A program made the position numbers and the translations under genes. A stretch of 60,985 nt of DNA, taken from the IMG/VR virus record IMGVR_UViG_3300049043_000348, positions 1 through 60,985 of that record, one strand, 5' to 3'. Each line of letters starts with the position of its first letter. Positions within the stretch are counted from its first letter, which is position 1. Below are positions 42,361 through 53,740 of this stretch, piece after piece. Origin of the DNA: a virus (lineage: Duplodnaviria > Caudoviricetes). The notes under the pieces were generated by a model. That model worked only from the letters and a program-made list of their open reading frames with translations, was not told where the DNA came from and ran no database searches.

Positions 42361-42713
42361 TAACAGATTTTGTAAAGTCTTACTAATACTTTTGTTGCAG
42401 TTACAGAAGTCCCTGAAAGTTTCAGATAACGTCCGTAATAAGAAAAACGAACAAGACCTGAAGCGCCCAAAGATGTTACACCTGATCCGCTAGCCAGATT
42501 TGTCCCTTGTAAAGTTACAAAATTTGTAGAAGAAACGGCTGAACCATCAGACACGCTCTGAATATCACCAGAATCGTTTGAGTGTTCGAAGTTTACTGTT
42601 CCGCTTGGGCTAACAAGTTGCACTACGGTATAGTCAAAACCGCCTGTATCAATTTTTACAGCAGAATCCGCATTAAAATCTGCGGTTACGTCTAATACTA
42701 TTTGAACTGACAT
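42360..42713 (-). CDS. Putative small structural protein
   Basis: Beta-rich 117 aa. Confidence 0.6.
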   Translation of the reverse strand: MSVQIVLDVTADFNADSAVKIDTGGFDYTVVQLVSPSGTVNFEHSNDSGDIQSVSDGSAVSSTNFVTLQGTNLASGSGVTSLGASGLVRFSYYGRYLKLSGTSVTATKVLVRLYKIC

Positions 42714-42723
42714 ATTTTTATTT

Positions 42724-42997
42724 TTAGGTTGTTACGATTACTGTTTGGCTTGCGGCAAGATAACCCGGTGTAGATTCAAAAGCCTTGTCGGGTTGAATAG
42801 GAGCCACTTCAAAAGTTGTTCCATAGCTATCTACGCGAGATACGGTTCCGTATACAGCAAGACCAGAAATTTGACAAGCTTGGCCTACTTGTAAAGAAGC
42901 AAGGTTGCTTTGCTTGAGCCGAGCTTAAAGTCACAATAACATCTTCCCCTCTTAGGGCTTGAGATGCTACTTGATTAGTGAGAGATAATGTTGGCAT
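42724..42997 (-). CDS. Hypothetical protein (one indel)
   Basis: MPTLSLTNQVA...GTVSRVDSYGTTFEVAPIQPD. Confidence 0.5.
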
Positions 42998-43008
42998 ATT
43001 TTATTTTT

Positions 43009-45446
43009 TTATTGTTGTTCGGGAAGTTGTGGTTGTTGCTCTTCAGGCATTTCTTCGGGAGGCATTTGTCCTTCTTGTGGCACTTGTTCCCCCGCACCCT
43101 GCATCATAGCCTGTTGCTGTGCTGCTTGCATTTGGGCTGCAATAGCCTGTCTTTGTTCATCTGTAGATACTACAGCAGCAAGACCTACGTTTTCCATTAC
43201 TGCACTAATGAGAGGCTTAATTTCGGCTGGAATAGGTATGCCTGTTTCCATAGACTTCAAGTATGCCTGTGCCGCCATTTGTAAAACAGCGGTTCTATTT
43301 TGAGCTTCTGCTGTCATCTGAGCGCGCTTGATATCCATTAATCCTTCTTGCTCCTTGGTAGCTCTTTTTTCTTGTTCCGCAACCTGAGCAGATTGGATTT
43401 GACCTTGGATAGTAGCCTCCTGATTTTGAGCAGCAGTTGTCTGATTATAGATAATCATCTTCTTTTGCGCTCTTCTAAATAATGCTTCTGCAAGCTTCAC
43501 GTCTTCTTTTGCTACACGCATTAATTGGAAAGGATCTACAAATAGTACAAGGTCTGGGGAAGTCGCGAGAGCCTGTTGCAGCATCGCGTCAAATCTCGAT
43601 AACTCGTACTGGTCAGGAAGCATCTGGATTCTTGCATTAAACATACGACCAGCAATATCATCGGATTTCAAGATATTTCTATAAACACTCGCTCCGTATG
43701 TTACAGATGTCTTAAGAAGGCAAGATACCTTTTTAGCAGTATCTGCCATACAGGCTGTGTAAGCGCTATAAAAATAATCGGTAGCGTTTTGCGCTACCTG
43801 CTCTGCGGTATTTATATTAGATACAGCAACGCGGGGCTGGATAGCTGCCGCGATGAGGTTCGGATCTTCCCTAACTCATCCTTTAAAATCTGGTAATGCT
43901 TATCGTAAAGTAAAATCAAGCCCTGAAGCTGGGACAAAAAGCCAGAATTTGATAATTCTGTGATCGGTACAGGAACAGGATTCCCTTCGGCGTCACGTCC
44001 ACGATAATAAATGTCTCCAGTTTGATCGTATAATTTTTTGACATCTATTCCTTTATTAGCGTCTCCAAGACCGAAGTCTATATTTTGTAGGGCATCCCAG
44101 TTTACTGCGGAACCCGTTGGACGCATCTTTGCCACTAATTGCTGCATCTTAAGACGAGCAATAATCATTTGGTCTACTGGTTCTTGAATTTTTTCTGGTA
44201 CTGCGAGGGAAGTCATATCATAGTTCTGTACCATATAAAATGTATACGAGAACTCTGCGTTTCCGATTTCCTTTGGATCTTGAGGGCGAATCATATTTTT
44301 CTTAATCCCCCACTCAAGCATTGTATTTGTAGGACGACAAAAAACGCCACGATAAATATTCCACTTGGTATCAGAAACAATCTCTTCGTTTTCTCCAAGC
44401 TTTTCAGGCTTTCCTCTTTTAACGATTGTTGACTTATTTTTCTTTGTTGTAACAACCGTATACGGATCGCTATCTACTGTCTTTAATTCAAATTCTAAAA
44501 CGTCAATATTCCATTCATCATAAGGACGAAGGAAAGTTACATTCCATTCTGTAAGCCAAGTAATGTTATCGTAAAGTTGGAACTCTTTTGAAAACTGAGC
44601 CATCTTCCATATCTCCTCTTCGCTAATCTTTCCTCCAAATTCAACTCCATATTTTCTACGAAGCTCACTAATCTTATAAGTACGAATAACACCACGCCAA
44701 GTGGTATCTCTAAAGTCAGGATAGTTGGAATAAGAATAAAAACAGTTTTCTGGTTTCAGCCACTCTACGTGAATCACTCCGTTATCATCCATCCAAGTAT
44801 ACGTTGCTACAAATCCTGTTTCGGCAGAATCGTGCAACATCTTTTCTTTTAGAACATCGAACCATCCGTTAGCAGCAAGAACATCATTACAGCCAAGCTC
44901 ATACTGAATTTCTTCAGGAAGACGCTGAAATTGTGACTGCCAAAGTTTTAGTTCTTCTTTATCTTCTGGAAGCTCTTGATTCTGTGGAAGAATTTGAACT
45001 CCTGATTCTGCTTGAAGTGTTTCAAGTAGTTGTCTGTTCTCTAAAATAAATTCAAGGTTTTCGTACTCTTCTTGTTTTTGTTTTGTGCTGAGGGAATCTG
45101 TGGCTGTCACTTTAATCTTTTCTCCGCGCTGCATCCAGCGACCAACAAGACCAGAGACAATTCTATTGACGATATTAATAGATTGCCAGTTAATATTTAA
45201 ATAATTAACTTTCCCATTAAATTCAAGAAGGTCTTGAAATTTACTCATTGGAACACGACCATTTGCATAACCGCGATTTGTTCTCCAACGAGCATTTCGA
45301 ACCCAGAAATAACTTGATATACCTCCGGTAATAGTTCCGTTGATATGCTGCGCTAATTGTTTTCCGTATGACCAATCAGACTTTTCTTTGATACTTAACT
45401 TATCAAGTTGAAACGTCTTTAATGGTTGAGCAGAGTAATCCTGCAT
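43009..45446 (-). CDS. Portal protein (indel near 43860)
   Basis: YANGR...YLNINW...IVSGLVG; follows terminase; Q-rich tail. Confidence 0.82.
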
Positions 45447-45466
45447 TGTTGCATTTTTATCTACAA

Positions 45467-45474
45467 CAAATATA
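45467..45474 (-). promoter_or_regulatory. Bacteroidota -7 promoter element upstream of portal
   Basis: TATATTTG on - strand. Confidence 0.55.
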
Positions 45475-45495
45475 CTTAATTTTTCACAATTTTTT

Positions 45496-47575
45496 TTATC
45501 TTGCTAATACCCCGCTATTTGGGTAAATTTTTACGAGCGGTGTTTGGGGAGGAGCTGGCTTGTAAATTGGTTCAAGACCGCCAACAAGAGCAATCATAGC
45601 GCTTACACTTCGGTCAAATGCGGTACGCTTATTGGGATCAAAATTCTTCAGGTCTTCTAGTAGTTCAATGAAGTATATTTTTTCGCAGTAATGCTCGATA
45701 TAGCTAATCATCGCATCGTTCTGTTTGGTCATCGCAAAGTCGGTGACGGGGAATCCGTAATGCCTTTCTACATCCTTTTTCTCTTGGTTGGATCTATTGC
45801 GTTGAGGGGAAAACGTGCCAGATAGCCGAGCTTGCCCCTATTCTTAAAATAGGTGTAGTAGTCGTCTGATACAAACTCGTAATAGACCTGATAACCAAGG
45901 TATTCTGCGGCAAGCATTATCTGGTTATGCAAGTCCTCTTTCTCGCTTGGTCGCCCGTAAAGATGCCCTGTAAATAGGCCCGTATTCTCCGGATCACGAA
46001 TATCGTACTTTACAAAAACCCAAGCCGAAGCCTTTGAGCCGTATCTTTTACCGCCTTGCGAGTTAGAGTATCCGTCCACCCCAATTACTCCAATGTCTGT
46101 TCTGGATGGCTTTTTTAATCCCGTGTCGTAGTAGTGCTTATTTGTTTCCCCTTTAAGGTTTAGGTCGCCTACGAACTGCCAGCAAAATGACTCTTCATTA
46201 CTGCTTATATCTCGCCACCTAACGAGCTGCGTCATCTCGTCTCTGTAGAAAAGAACCTTTCTTTTATAGACGTCCTGCTCTTTTAATTTTTCTATCTGGT
46301 CGTTAATATTAACCACGTTAAAGATGCAGTCAGCGTTTGCCGACATAAAGGCTTCCACCTCCGTACAGGGGTTCATACGGATTTCTTCCTCTAGGTCATC
46401 ACCAGTTCTTCCCTCACGCCTCTTTAATATATACGCCTTTGCACCAAGTTCAATGTCTTCTTCACTAATCTCTGATATGGTGTTTCCTTCTTCGTCTTTT
46501 ACTACCCACTTATCTACAAGGTATTGCTTTTGTTCGGGTGTCGGGGAAGACATAACACTAAACCCGTACTTGTCAATAAAACCTTCGTACCCGTCATAGG
46601 CAGGAGCAAAATATCTTACGAGGCGGTTTATCGTTGGGCTTCTTTTATTGAGATCCGCGTTTTCCCACAACAACTTAAACTCAGCACCTCCCTTAGTCAT
46701 CTTATTACAAGTAGAAGGCATTTCCACGAAACCGACTCTCTTAACACCCTTTACAAGTGTCTTGGAGATAATCGCAAATAATTGTGAAGCCTGAATTTCT
46801 TTTTCTAATTTACCAAACTCATCCAGTAGTAGCCTACTCATACGACCTCGGTCATAGGCGTTTAGAACAGGAGCGCGGTAATTGATTTTAGACCTATTAC
46901 CTTCATCCTCTTTTTGACCAGCCGCACTACCTTCTTTCACGCTTGCCGCCTTTTGAGCAAAGACAAGCTCAGTTACGGTATCCTCTCTATTTAACTGCTT
47001 TGGTTTTAGGAAAGCTGGAAGCTGTCTATATCCATAGGCGACCATCTCCGTAAAGGTGGAACGCCCGTCCTCATTAGACTTAGATACAAGACCGCAGTTA
47101 GAATTTTTAAAGAATATTGCCTCGTAGACAAGATTTGATGTTGCTTGGGAAGACGCACCCTCACGGCGCTTCTTACTTCTTATGATTCCCAAACTCCACG
47201 GCACATTTTCCCAATGCTCCAAGAAAGTAAAATATCTCCTATCGGTATCTCGATATTCTGGACGTGAGCCATCCTCTAGTGTCCACCATTGAAGATAGAA
47301 GTAATACTTCTTGGTAATGTAATAAGGATTGCCATTTATGTAAATCCAAAGACCTTTCTTACATCTTTGAAGTTCTCTAATTGCGAACTCTTCTTGTTCT
47401 TCTGTAAGTATTAAATCTCCAGCCTTTGTATATTGAACCTTATCAAAAAATTCGGGCAGTTCTTCCCGAACCCACATCTGCTCTTCTTTTGGTTTATTCC
47501 AATTAAGAATTTGTTTATGCGGGGAAGTTCTGGTAGCCTACAATTTGTCCCGTATATTATTTCGGTATTGGGCAT
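45496..47575 (-). CDS. terL: Terminase large subunit (indels near both ends)
   Basis: KKRREGAS Walker A variant, LLLDEFGK Walker B, IGVDGY nuclease, FD.SVSA. Confidence 0.88.
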
Positions 47576-47713
47576 ATTATTTCTTACCGCCTTGTCCTCT
47601 ACTTATCACAGACCTTTTGTCTCTTTTGTTTCTGGACTTCTGCGCTTTGCCTCCTTTTGTCTTAAAGAAGACAACTTTTCTTGCGTCTGACGCTCCTTTT
47701 GATTTTGCCATAA

Positions 47714-48040
47714 CTAATCTCTTATATCTGCAATTCTATCTAAGAATGGTTTTTTTTCTTCTTTCTTTGTTCCGGGTATACTTTCACTTAATGACCTTAT
47801 AGAGTCACTAACTGCGCTACTCTTTTCAAGAATCTTAAAGATACGCTCAAAGCTTTTATCTTTTGCGTCATCGATGTTTACATTCTTGAGGTTAACACTA
47901 TTAAGAAGGTCGGCCATTTCATTAGCTTTACGCTGTAGGCTAAAATATAGCTTACCAACCCCGCTTTCTCTATACCCTTCTAATTCTTTTTCAAGTTCTG
48001 CAATTCTGTTCTCAAGGATTTTTTTTGCTGCATCTGTCAT
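47714..48040 (-). CDS. Hypothetical coiled-coil protein (possible small terminase)
   Basis: Position just upstream of terL. Confidence 0.45.
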   Translation of the reverse strand: MTDAAKKILENRIAELEKELEGYRESGVGKLYFSLQRKANEMADLLNSVNLKNVNIDDAKDKSFERIFKILEKSSAVSDSIRSLSESIPGTKKEEKKPFLDRIADIRD

Positions 48041-48695
48041 ACAATAGTTTTTGCGTTTAAGGGGGTAAGTCCGACAAGTAGTTTGCCTTCGTTAACTAGG
48101 TCTGTTAAGTATCCGTCTATGGCTATTACTTCTTCCCTTTCATTGTCTTCGTCTGGGAAGTGTCGAAACCTAATTAATCTTTCTTCTCTCCCTTGTAAGC
48201 CTTGAAACACTATTTCGTAGTCACAGGCTTTTAGTGTTCTCACTACATTTCCTTTCATACTTCCTGTTGTTACATATAATACATCAGGAACAAGCTTGGG
48301 TTCAATACCTTCAAGCATACCCTCATAAGGTCTATAAACGCGAAGCCCAAACTCAAAATTCTTTAATGGCTTCCATTCTTCCTCGTCAAGCCAAGCGAAA
48401 CATTGCTCAATAGGACAAGAATAAATTTTGATATCACTTCCCTCAACACTACCAGAAAGAGGCTTATAGTTTAAAACTTTATAACTTTCGTGTATGATAT
48501 TAGGATGAATAAGAATCTCTGCTCCATCTTTAATACCTTCTCCGTCAATTACAATAGCATTAACAGGTTGGGTTTCTCTTCTGTTAAGGTTATTCCAATC
48601 CCTTTCTAATCTAATGGTAGTGCCATCCTCAAAAGTGTGGCTATTCTTTTTTCGTGGTCTACACTAATAATAACTCTGCCTTCTACAGCTCTCAT
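48037..48695 (-). CDS. Hypothetical protein, possibly GroES-like (indel near 48650)
   Basis: MRAVEGRVIISVD...NAIVIDGEGIKDGAEILIHPN. Confidence 0.45.
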
Positions 48696-48724
48696 AGTGT
48701 TTGTTTGTGTGTGTTCCGTAAAAA

Positions 48725-49051
48725 TTACTTCTTCTTATATCGCATCATTGGTATATTACTTTTGATACGATTAACGATATCTTCTGATCTCTTGTTTTCA
48801 ATAACTTCTTTAATTCTTTTATCTTCAGCAGGTGTTGTTTTTTTGGGCTTTGTTCCGTAAAAATCTTCTTTCTCAAGAGCCTCAATCATTGCACTTTCTC
48901 TTTGCTTATCTGTTAAAGGCTTTTCTGTTTTCTTTATAATAATCGCCTTTTTAACAACTGGCTTTTTACCATAAAAATCTTCTTTCTTTAAGGCATTTAC
49001 CATACCTTTCTCAAGGTCTTTATCTTGTTTTGTAACTCTATCTGGTCTCAT
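48725..49051 (-). CDS. Basic protein with internal duplication
   Basis: ALKKEDFYGKKP / ALEKEDFYGTKP. Confidence 0.6.
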   Translation of the reverse strand: MRPDRVTKQDKDLEKGMVNALKKEDFYGKKPVVKKAIIIKKTEKPLTDKQRESAMIEALEKEDFYGTKPKKTTPAEDKRIKEVIENKRSEDIVNRIKSNIPMMRYKKK

Positions 49052-49368
49052 TATTTTTTATTTTTGTTACGTTCAGAAATGTTTTTAGCTTTTGCTTTAG
49101 CATCTGCCTTTGATGATGCTCCCCACGCTCTCAGGGAAAGAAGAAGGCGTGTTGGTTTCCCGTCTTTATATTCAGGCCCCGGCATACCGCCCATACGAGC
49201 AAGGAAACTTGCTCTACGAGGGTTATCTCCAGACTTAACGGGAGCCTTTAAGGTTCCGCCTGTTTCTGCTTTATAAGAAGCTCGGCCTTTCTGATTCAAG
49301 CCACCGCCTGTTAAGTTCTTACCCTCTTTGCGAGACCAAGCGGCTGTTTTAAATCTTAACTTAGGCAT
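49051..49368 (-). CDS. Basic phage protein (DUF6321-like)
   Basis: AW.RKEGKN..GGLNQKGRASY...LKAPV...RRASFLARMGG...LSLRAW. Confidence 0.7.
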   Translation of the reverse strand: MPKLRFKTAAWSRKEGKNLTGGGLNQKGRASYKAETGGTLKAPVKSGDNPRRASFLARMGGMPGPEYKDGKPTRLLLSLRAWGASSKADAKAKAKNISERNKNKK

Positions 49369-50089
49369 TTTGCTTATTTTGGCTGTAATTTACGATTTTT
49401 TCTGCAAAATATATTAATTCTTCAGCAGTAAACACACTTTTTATAATATTTGCAAAATAACAAACTAATTGCACATTTCCTTTCAAATAGCCCTTAGAAT
49501 TATTAATTCTATCAATACTAATATTAGTTGCTTTTTTGCCATATTCGTATGTCATCTTAACTCCAGATAAGTTGCATAACCCGTTTTGTTTTTCATACAA
49601 ATCAAGCAAATACCCTATATCTAAATTACACTCTTTGTTTTTTCTTTTAGAACAATGATTAAGTAAAGAAGAGATATAATTTTTAAATGAAGAATGTTTT
49701 TTTCTTATTTTATCGGCATAAGTTTCCGGTTGCCTTTCTTTTGAAATCATCAAAATACAATCTTTACATCTGCTTCTGTATTTTTTCAAACCATCTGAAA
49801 AACAACCATTTGCGTAAAACTGATCTAAAGTTTTTACAATATTACAATATTTACATAATTGCTTTCCTTCAAATATTATTTTTTCATATACGGGTTTTGG
49901 TCTATTTCTTTTTTCTTTTTTTCGGCAAAATTTACATATTTGACGATACCTAATGTAACCATCTCCCCTAACAGAATGTTTGTGGTATTCCGTTGGGATT
50001 CTATCTTGATTACACTTTATACATTTTGCTGTAGTATCATCGCCTTCTTTTCTTAAAATATAAGGCGCGTAAGCAACTCTGTCTTTCAT
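49361..50089 (-). CDS. HNH-type homing endonuclease with Zn fingers
   Basis: CxxC pairs; QNGLCNLSG...SIDRINNSKGYLKGNVQLVC..N. Confidence 0.8.
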   Translation of the reverse strand: MKDRVAYAPYILRKEGDDTTAKCIKCNQDRIPTEYHKHSVRGDGYIRYRQICKFCRKKEKRNRPKPVYEKIIFEGKQLCKYCNIVKTLDQFYANGCFSDGLKKYRSRCKDCILMISKERQPETYADKIRKKHSSFKNYISSLLNHCSKRKNKECNLDIGYLLDLYEKQNGLCNLSGVKMTYEYGKKATNISIDRINNSKGYLKGNVQLVCYFANIIKSVFTAEELIYFAEKIVNYSQNKQNA

Positions 50090-50106
50090 AAAAGGGAAAT
50101 TTTATA

Positions 50107-50114
50107 CAAATATA
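50107..50114 (-). promoter_or_regulatory. Bacteroidota -7 promoter element
   Basis: TATATTTG on - strand. Confidence 0.55.
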
Positions 50115-50143
50115 AATATTTTTCCCTTATAATAAGCCCAAAG

Positions 50144-50665
50144 TTAAAGTTTTTTTGCCACCAAATAAAATGAATACCGATTTTCCCCGACATCCAAGCC
50201 GCTTTCTATAACCTCAAAATAGGGCAGAAAATAAGCGTGGCCTGTAAAGTTTAATGCTTTGCCACAAAATGTTTGCTTGAACCAGAACATAAAGTCCTCA
50301 TATTTTGTATCGTGGAAATGCTCTGGGTTTTGCTTGTTTGGGTAGTAGTCTCCGTCTGGTAGGTATAAAATGAAGTACCCTCCTTGTTTTAGGAGCTTTG
50401 ACCATTCAAGGATAGCTCTAAAGTGATCAGGGAGATGTTCTAAGACGTGAGAGCTGAAGCAGCAATCAAAGGCTTCTACTAATTCAGGGTATTTTGTATC
50501 AAGGTCGTATAATGAAGGGGTTAGTATGCTTACGTGGGGGAAGTTACGGCCATCAATCCCCACAACGCCGTCTTTAACTGGTTCGTCTCCGCAACCGATA
50601 TCCACGACTTCCCCGACCAAATACTTCTCTATCTTGGGTAATATCTTTTTACTTTCTGATGCCAT
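50144..50665 (-). CDS. Class I SAM-dependent methyltransferase
   Basis: VDIGCG, FDCCFSSHVLEH, EW.KLLKQGG. Confidence 0.85.
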   Translation of the reverse strand: MASESKKILPKIEKYLVGEVVDIGCGDEPVKDGVVGIDGRNFPHVSILTPSLYDLDTKYPELVEAFDCCFSSHVLEHLPDHFRAILEWSKLLKQGGYFILYLPDGDYYPNKQNPEHFHDTKYEDFMFWFKQTFCGKALNFTGHAYFLPYFEVIESGLDVGENRYSFYLVAKKL

Positions 50666-50816
50666 TTGTCATAGCTTTTCTATTTCTTTTTTAAATCATT
50701 AAATATGTTACGCCAATAAAATCTTTCATAATTTCTATAAAATTCAATACCACATATAGTATACAAAAAAAATTCTTTAATCCTATACATACTTACATTT
50801 ATAAATTCTAATAATC

Positions 50817-52253
50817 TCATAGCTTTTCTATTTCGTTTATTGCGTTTAGGACTTGACTTGTTGTGTATTTTGCGCAAGGGGGAAGTTCTGAGTCAATATA
50901 ACAAGGCTCACTTTCCACACCAATTTGCTGATGCCAACAAAATGGTTTCATACAGATTGGGTTGTCGGTGGAGTGATTTGTAAGGATAACTTTATCCAAT
51001 AGGTCAGGATGTACCACTTCGGGGTTTGTGTTGCCAAAAAATAGGATTGACGGCACACCAAAGGCTGATGCTACGTGGCTCACGCCTGAATCAATACCTA
51101 TAAATAGGTCAGCACTTCCCACAACATAACAAAGAAAGTTTTCGTTTTGTGTATTAATGTAAATAGCGTTCTTTATTAGAGGTACGTTTCTTTTTCCTAC
51201 TTGAAATACCGAATAACCTTTTGCTTGCAGGCTCGCTACCACATTTTCCCAGTCCACCCCAAATACTCCTCTACCAGACTGCCTAATGCCCTCTAAGTGT
51301 ATTACACAGCTCTTTTTAAACAGCTTGGTAGTTTCCATAATTGGAAACCCTACTGATAGCTTAGGATTACGCATTTCCCCGTCCTTGATACCGCAGAATT
51401 GATAGTAGCTCTTTAATCTGTTCTGTAATGGGAAGGCTTCGTAAGCCATATCAAGGTTATATCTTTCTGCTCTTGGTAGTAGTCTTCCGTCTATTTGTTT
51501 TATGTGGTGTACGGGGAAGTAGTGGTTCACAAAAAGCATATAAAAGTTCTCAGGGGTATCAAGCACCACTCTATAACCCTTTTTATGAAAGTAATGTAGA
51601 ACGGGTTCAACCATTATTACGTCACCCATAGCTGCACTTCTTTTGATAATAACCGTAGGCTGATAAGGCTTATGGAATCTTCCGTGAAATCCAAATGTAT
51701 CGTAAATGGGCGCTCTTAATTCATAAGAAAATTTATCTGCTAAATCCTCTGGGGCGTATGTTATTTTATAAAACTTTATTAAGTAATCTCTATAAAGCCT
51801 CCCAATTGCTTGGTCTTCCGGATCGGTAGCAACAATAAAATCATCAAGAGTAAGCGCCGATTGAAGTTTTTTAGACCTAATAGAAAATCCTCCATTACCG
51901 ACATTTTTGCCGTCTGGATAAGTCCAAGGCGCGCCTATGTAATCATAATGCAAAAATTCTGGCAGCCACGACTTCCCGTTCAGCACATACCCATCTGCTT
52001 GAATAACCAATACAAAGTCTGTATCAAAATACTTGTATAGCTCTTTAATCATAAAGTAGCTGTACTCTTCTTTTGACCTAATAGTAGGGATATTTATTAC
52101 CTCAATTCCCTCAAATTCAAAAGGCTTGTCTGTAATAAATTTAACGGCAGCAAAGTCACATTCGGCCATACTTTTTCGTATAGCCGCTACTGCTTCTCCG
52201 TGATTAACACAGTCTACACAGATTAGGGTTACATTACTTAGACTTGTTTTCAT
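50817..52253 (-). CDS. DUF5672-like + GT9 (heptosyltransferase-like) fusion
   Basis: IQADG...YDYIGAPW...GNGGFSIRS; then AMGDVIM...FIGIDSGVSHVASA. Confidence 0.8.
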   Translation of the reverse strand: MKTSLSNVTLICVDCVNHGEAVAAIRKSMAECDFAAVKFITDKPFEFEGIEVINIPTIRSKEEYSYFMIKELYKYFDTDFVLVIQADGYVLNGKSWLPEFLHYDYIGAPWTYPDGKNVGNGGFSIRSKKLQSALTLDDFIVATDPEDQAIGRLYRDYLIKFYKITYAPEDLADKFSYELRAPIYDTFGFHGRFHKPYQPTVIIKRSAAMGDVIMVEPVLHYFHKKGYRVVLDTPENFYMLFVNHYFPVHHIKQIDGRLLPRAERYNLDMAYEAFPLQNRLKSYYQFCGIKDGEMRNPKLSVGFPIMETTKLFKKSCVIHLEGIRQSGRGVFGVDWENVVASLQAKGYSVFQVGKRNVPLIKNAIYINTQNENFLCYVVGSADLFIGIDSGVSHVASAFGVPSILFFGNTNPEVVHPDLLDKVILTNHSTDNPICMKPFCWHQQIGVESEPCYIDSELPPCAKYTTSQVLNAINEIEKL

Positions 52254-52355
52254 TCCAAGTTTTCTTGAGTCTTTTGTATACTTTTTTCATTGTGTCGGGG
52301 GAAGACGCCGTGATGATTTGCGCTAATTTGCGTAGCTTCTTTGCTCTTGTTTTTC

Positions 52356-52574
52356 TCATTGTTTCCAATTTATAGGTACTTGAATATTTTCTCCATTCAT
52401 TCTATTTGGATAAACTCTTATCTCGTCATCGTAAAAATTACGAACTGAACCATCTTCATAAAATACAACCTTCCAAACTGTATTTACATCTGGGCCGTAA
52501 TCTATCCACGCTATAGCCTTTCCGTAACCAAGTGGGGTATGAACGTCTATTCCTGCTTTTAATTCGTGTATCAT
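52356..52574 (-). CDS. Hypothetical protein
   Basis: VHTPLGYGKAIAWIDYGPDVN. Confidence 0.6.
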   Translation of the reverse strand: MIHELKAGIDVHTPLGYGKAIAWIDYGPDVNTVWKVVFYEDGSVRNFYDDEIRVYPNRMNGENIQVPINWKQ

Positions 52575-53365
52575 TGTGTATTCAGTTTACCAAAGTAATA
52601 GTCAAGACTTCCCTGATGATAAAAATCATACCCATTTGGCCCTACTGGTATGCAGTTGGGAAGTTGTGGGCATATTTCCAAGATACGAGGAACTTTCAGA
52701 GCTTCGGCTATCTGATAGCAAAAACTTTGATTGCCAAGAAAAAATTTACACCCCTTAATCCATTGAGCAAGTTCATAAAAGTCATCAACCTGAAGAAGCT
52801 CAAGGTCAAGATCCCACGTCTTGCAAAAGAGATCTCTTTCGGATTGAAGTCCCGCAAAGACAATGTTTTCCTGATGAGCTTTTAAAAAGAAGTAATTGGT
52901 TAGATAGTTTCTGTACCGCTGGGTAAAGTTGATTATGATTTTATTATTCTCTCTTGCCTTAACATCTAAATAAGGAACAGATAGGTCTGATGCCATTTGA
53001 GGGAAAACATAGTTAAACCACCTATTGAGGCTTCCTCTTGGTTGATTGGTATATCTTTCCTGACGTATTAAGTCAAAGTCTATATCTGCTTCTTCCCCCT
53101 TGAATACTAAAAAATCTTCTATGTAGTCTTGGGAAGATATGAGCCTGTGTAAATTATCAAACATATACTGCGACATACAGATAGGCTCGTCATATTCATT
53201 CTTAAACGGATGGATGCTATCAGGAGTTCCCGCACCCTGCATACCTATCCTCTGGTAAACGATTCCCTTGCGTCCCGTATCTTCCCACATCTTCTTAATA
53301 CCAGCCATAAAGCTAATCAGGTCTCCAGAAGGGGAAGAAGTCTTATATTTTAAAGGATTTTGCAT
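52571..53365 (-). CDS. GT-B/GT9-like glycosyltransferase
   Basis: SGDLI...ELAQWIKGCKFFLGNQSF..IAEALKVPR. Confidence 0.6.
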   Translation of the reverse strand: MQNPLKYKTSSPSGDLISFMAGIKKMWEDTGRKGIVYQRIGMQGAGTPDSIHPFKNEYDEPICMSQYMFDNLHRLISSQDYIEDFLVFKGEEADIDFDLIRQERYTNQPRGSLNRWFNYVFPQMASDLSVPYLDVKARENNKIIINFTQRYRNYLTNYFFLKAHQENIVFAGLQSERDLFCKTWDLDLELLQVDDFYELAQWIKGCKFFLGNQSFCYQIAEALKVPRILEICPQLPNCIPVGPNGYDFYHQGSLDYYFGKLNTQ

Positions 53366-53429
53366 ATCTTTGATACGATATTTTCGCAGCGTTTGCGAAG
53401 AGTTTTCTTCACAGCTAAATTGTTAAACA

Positions 53430-53690
53430 ATGCCTAATTTGTTTTTGGTGCAGGTTTACGGAATTGATGCTCCCGGTGGTGCAACTGAAATTGCTGCCGC
53501 TGGTGGACAAGCAAATCTTTTTGCTGGTCAAAGCCCAATCCACGTTTACCCCACTACTCAGACACGTGGTGTAGCTCAAGTACAATGTAACGCTGTTGTA
53601 GAAGTGCTTCCTCAAGGATTGAATCAAATCTCTACGAAGTACTTTACCGACAGAACTGTTGCTCAAGTACAAGCTTTGGCTAACGCGTAA
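53430..53690 (+). CDS. Lone + strand small protein with own promoter and terminator
   Basis: TATCTTTG at 53365; capsid-like codon usage. Confidence 0.65.
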   Translation: MPNLFLVQVYGIDAPGGATEIAAAGGQANLFAGQSPIHVYPTTQTRGVAQVQCNAVVEVLPQGLNQISTKYFTDRTVAQVQALANA

Positions 53691-53710
53691 TCGAATTTTT
53701 TCGATTAAAG

Positions 53711-53740
53711 AAGTCCGATCCATAGTGGTCGGATTTTTTT
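53711..53740 (+). terminator. Intrinsic terminator
   Basis: AAGTCCGATC-CATAGT-GGTCGGATTT plus T-run. Confidence 0.7.
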
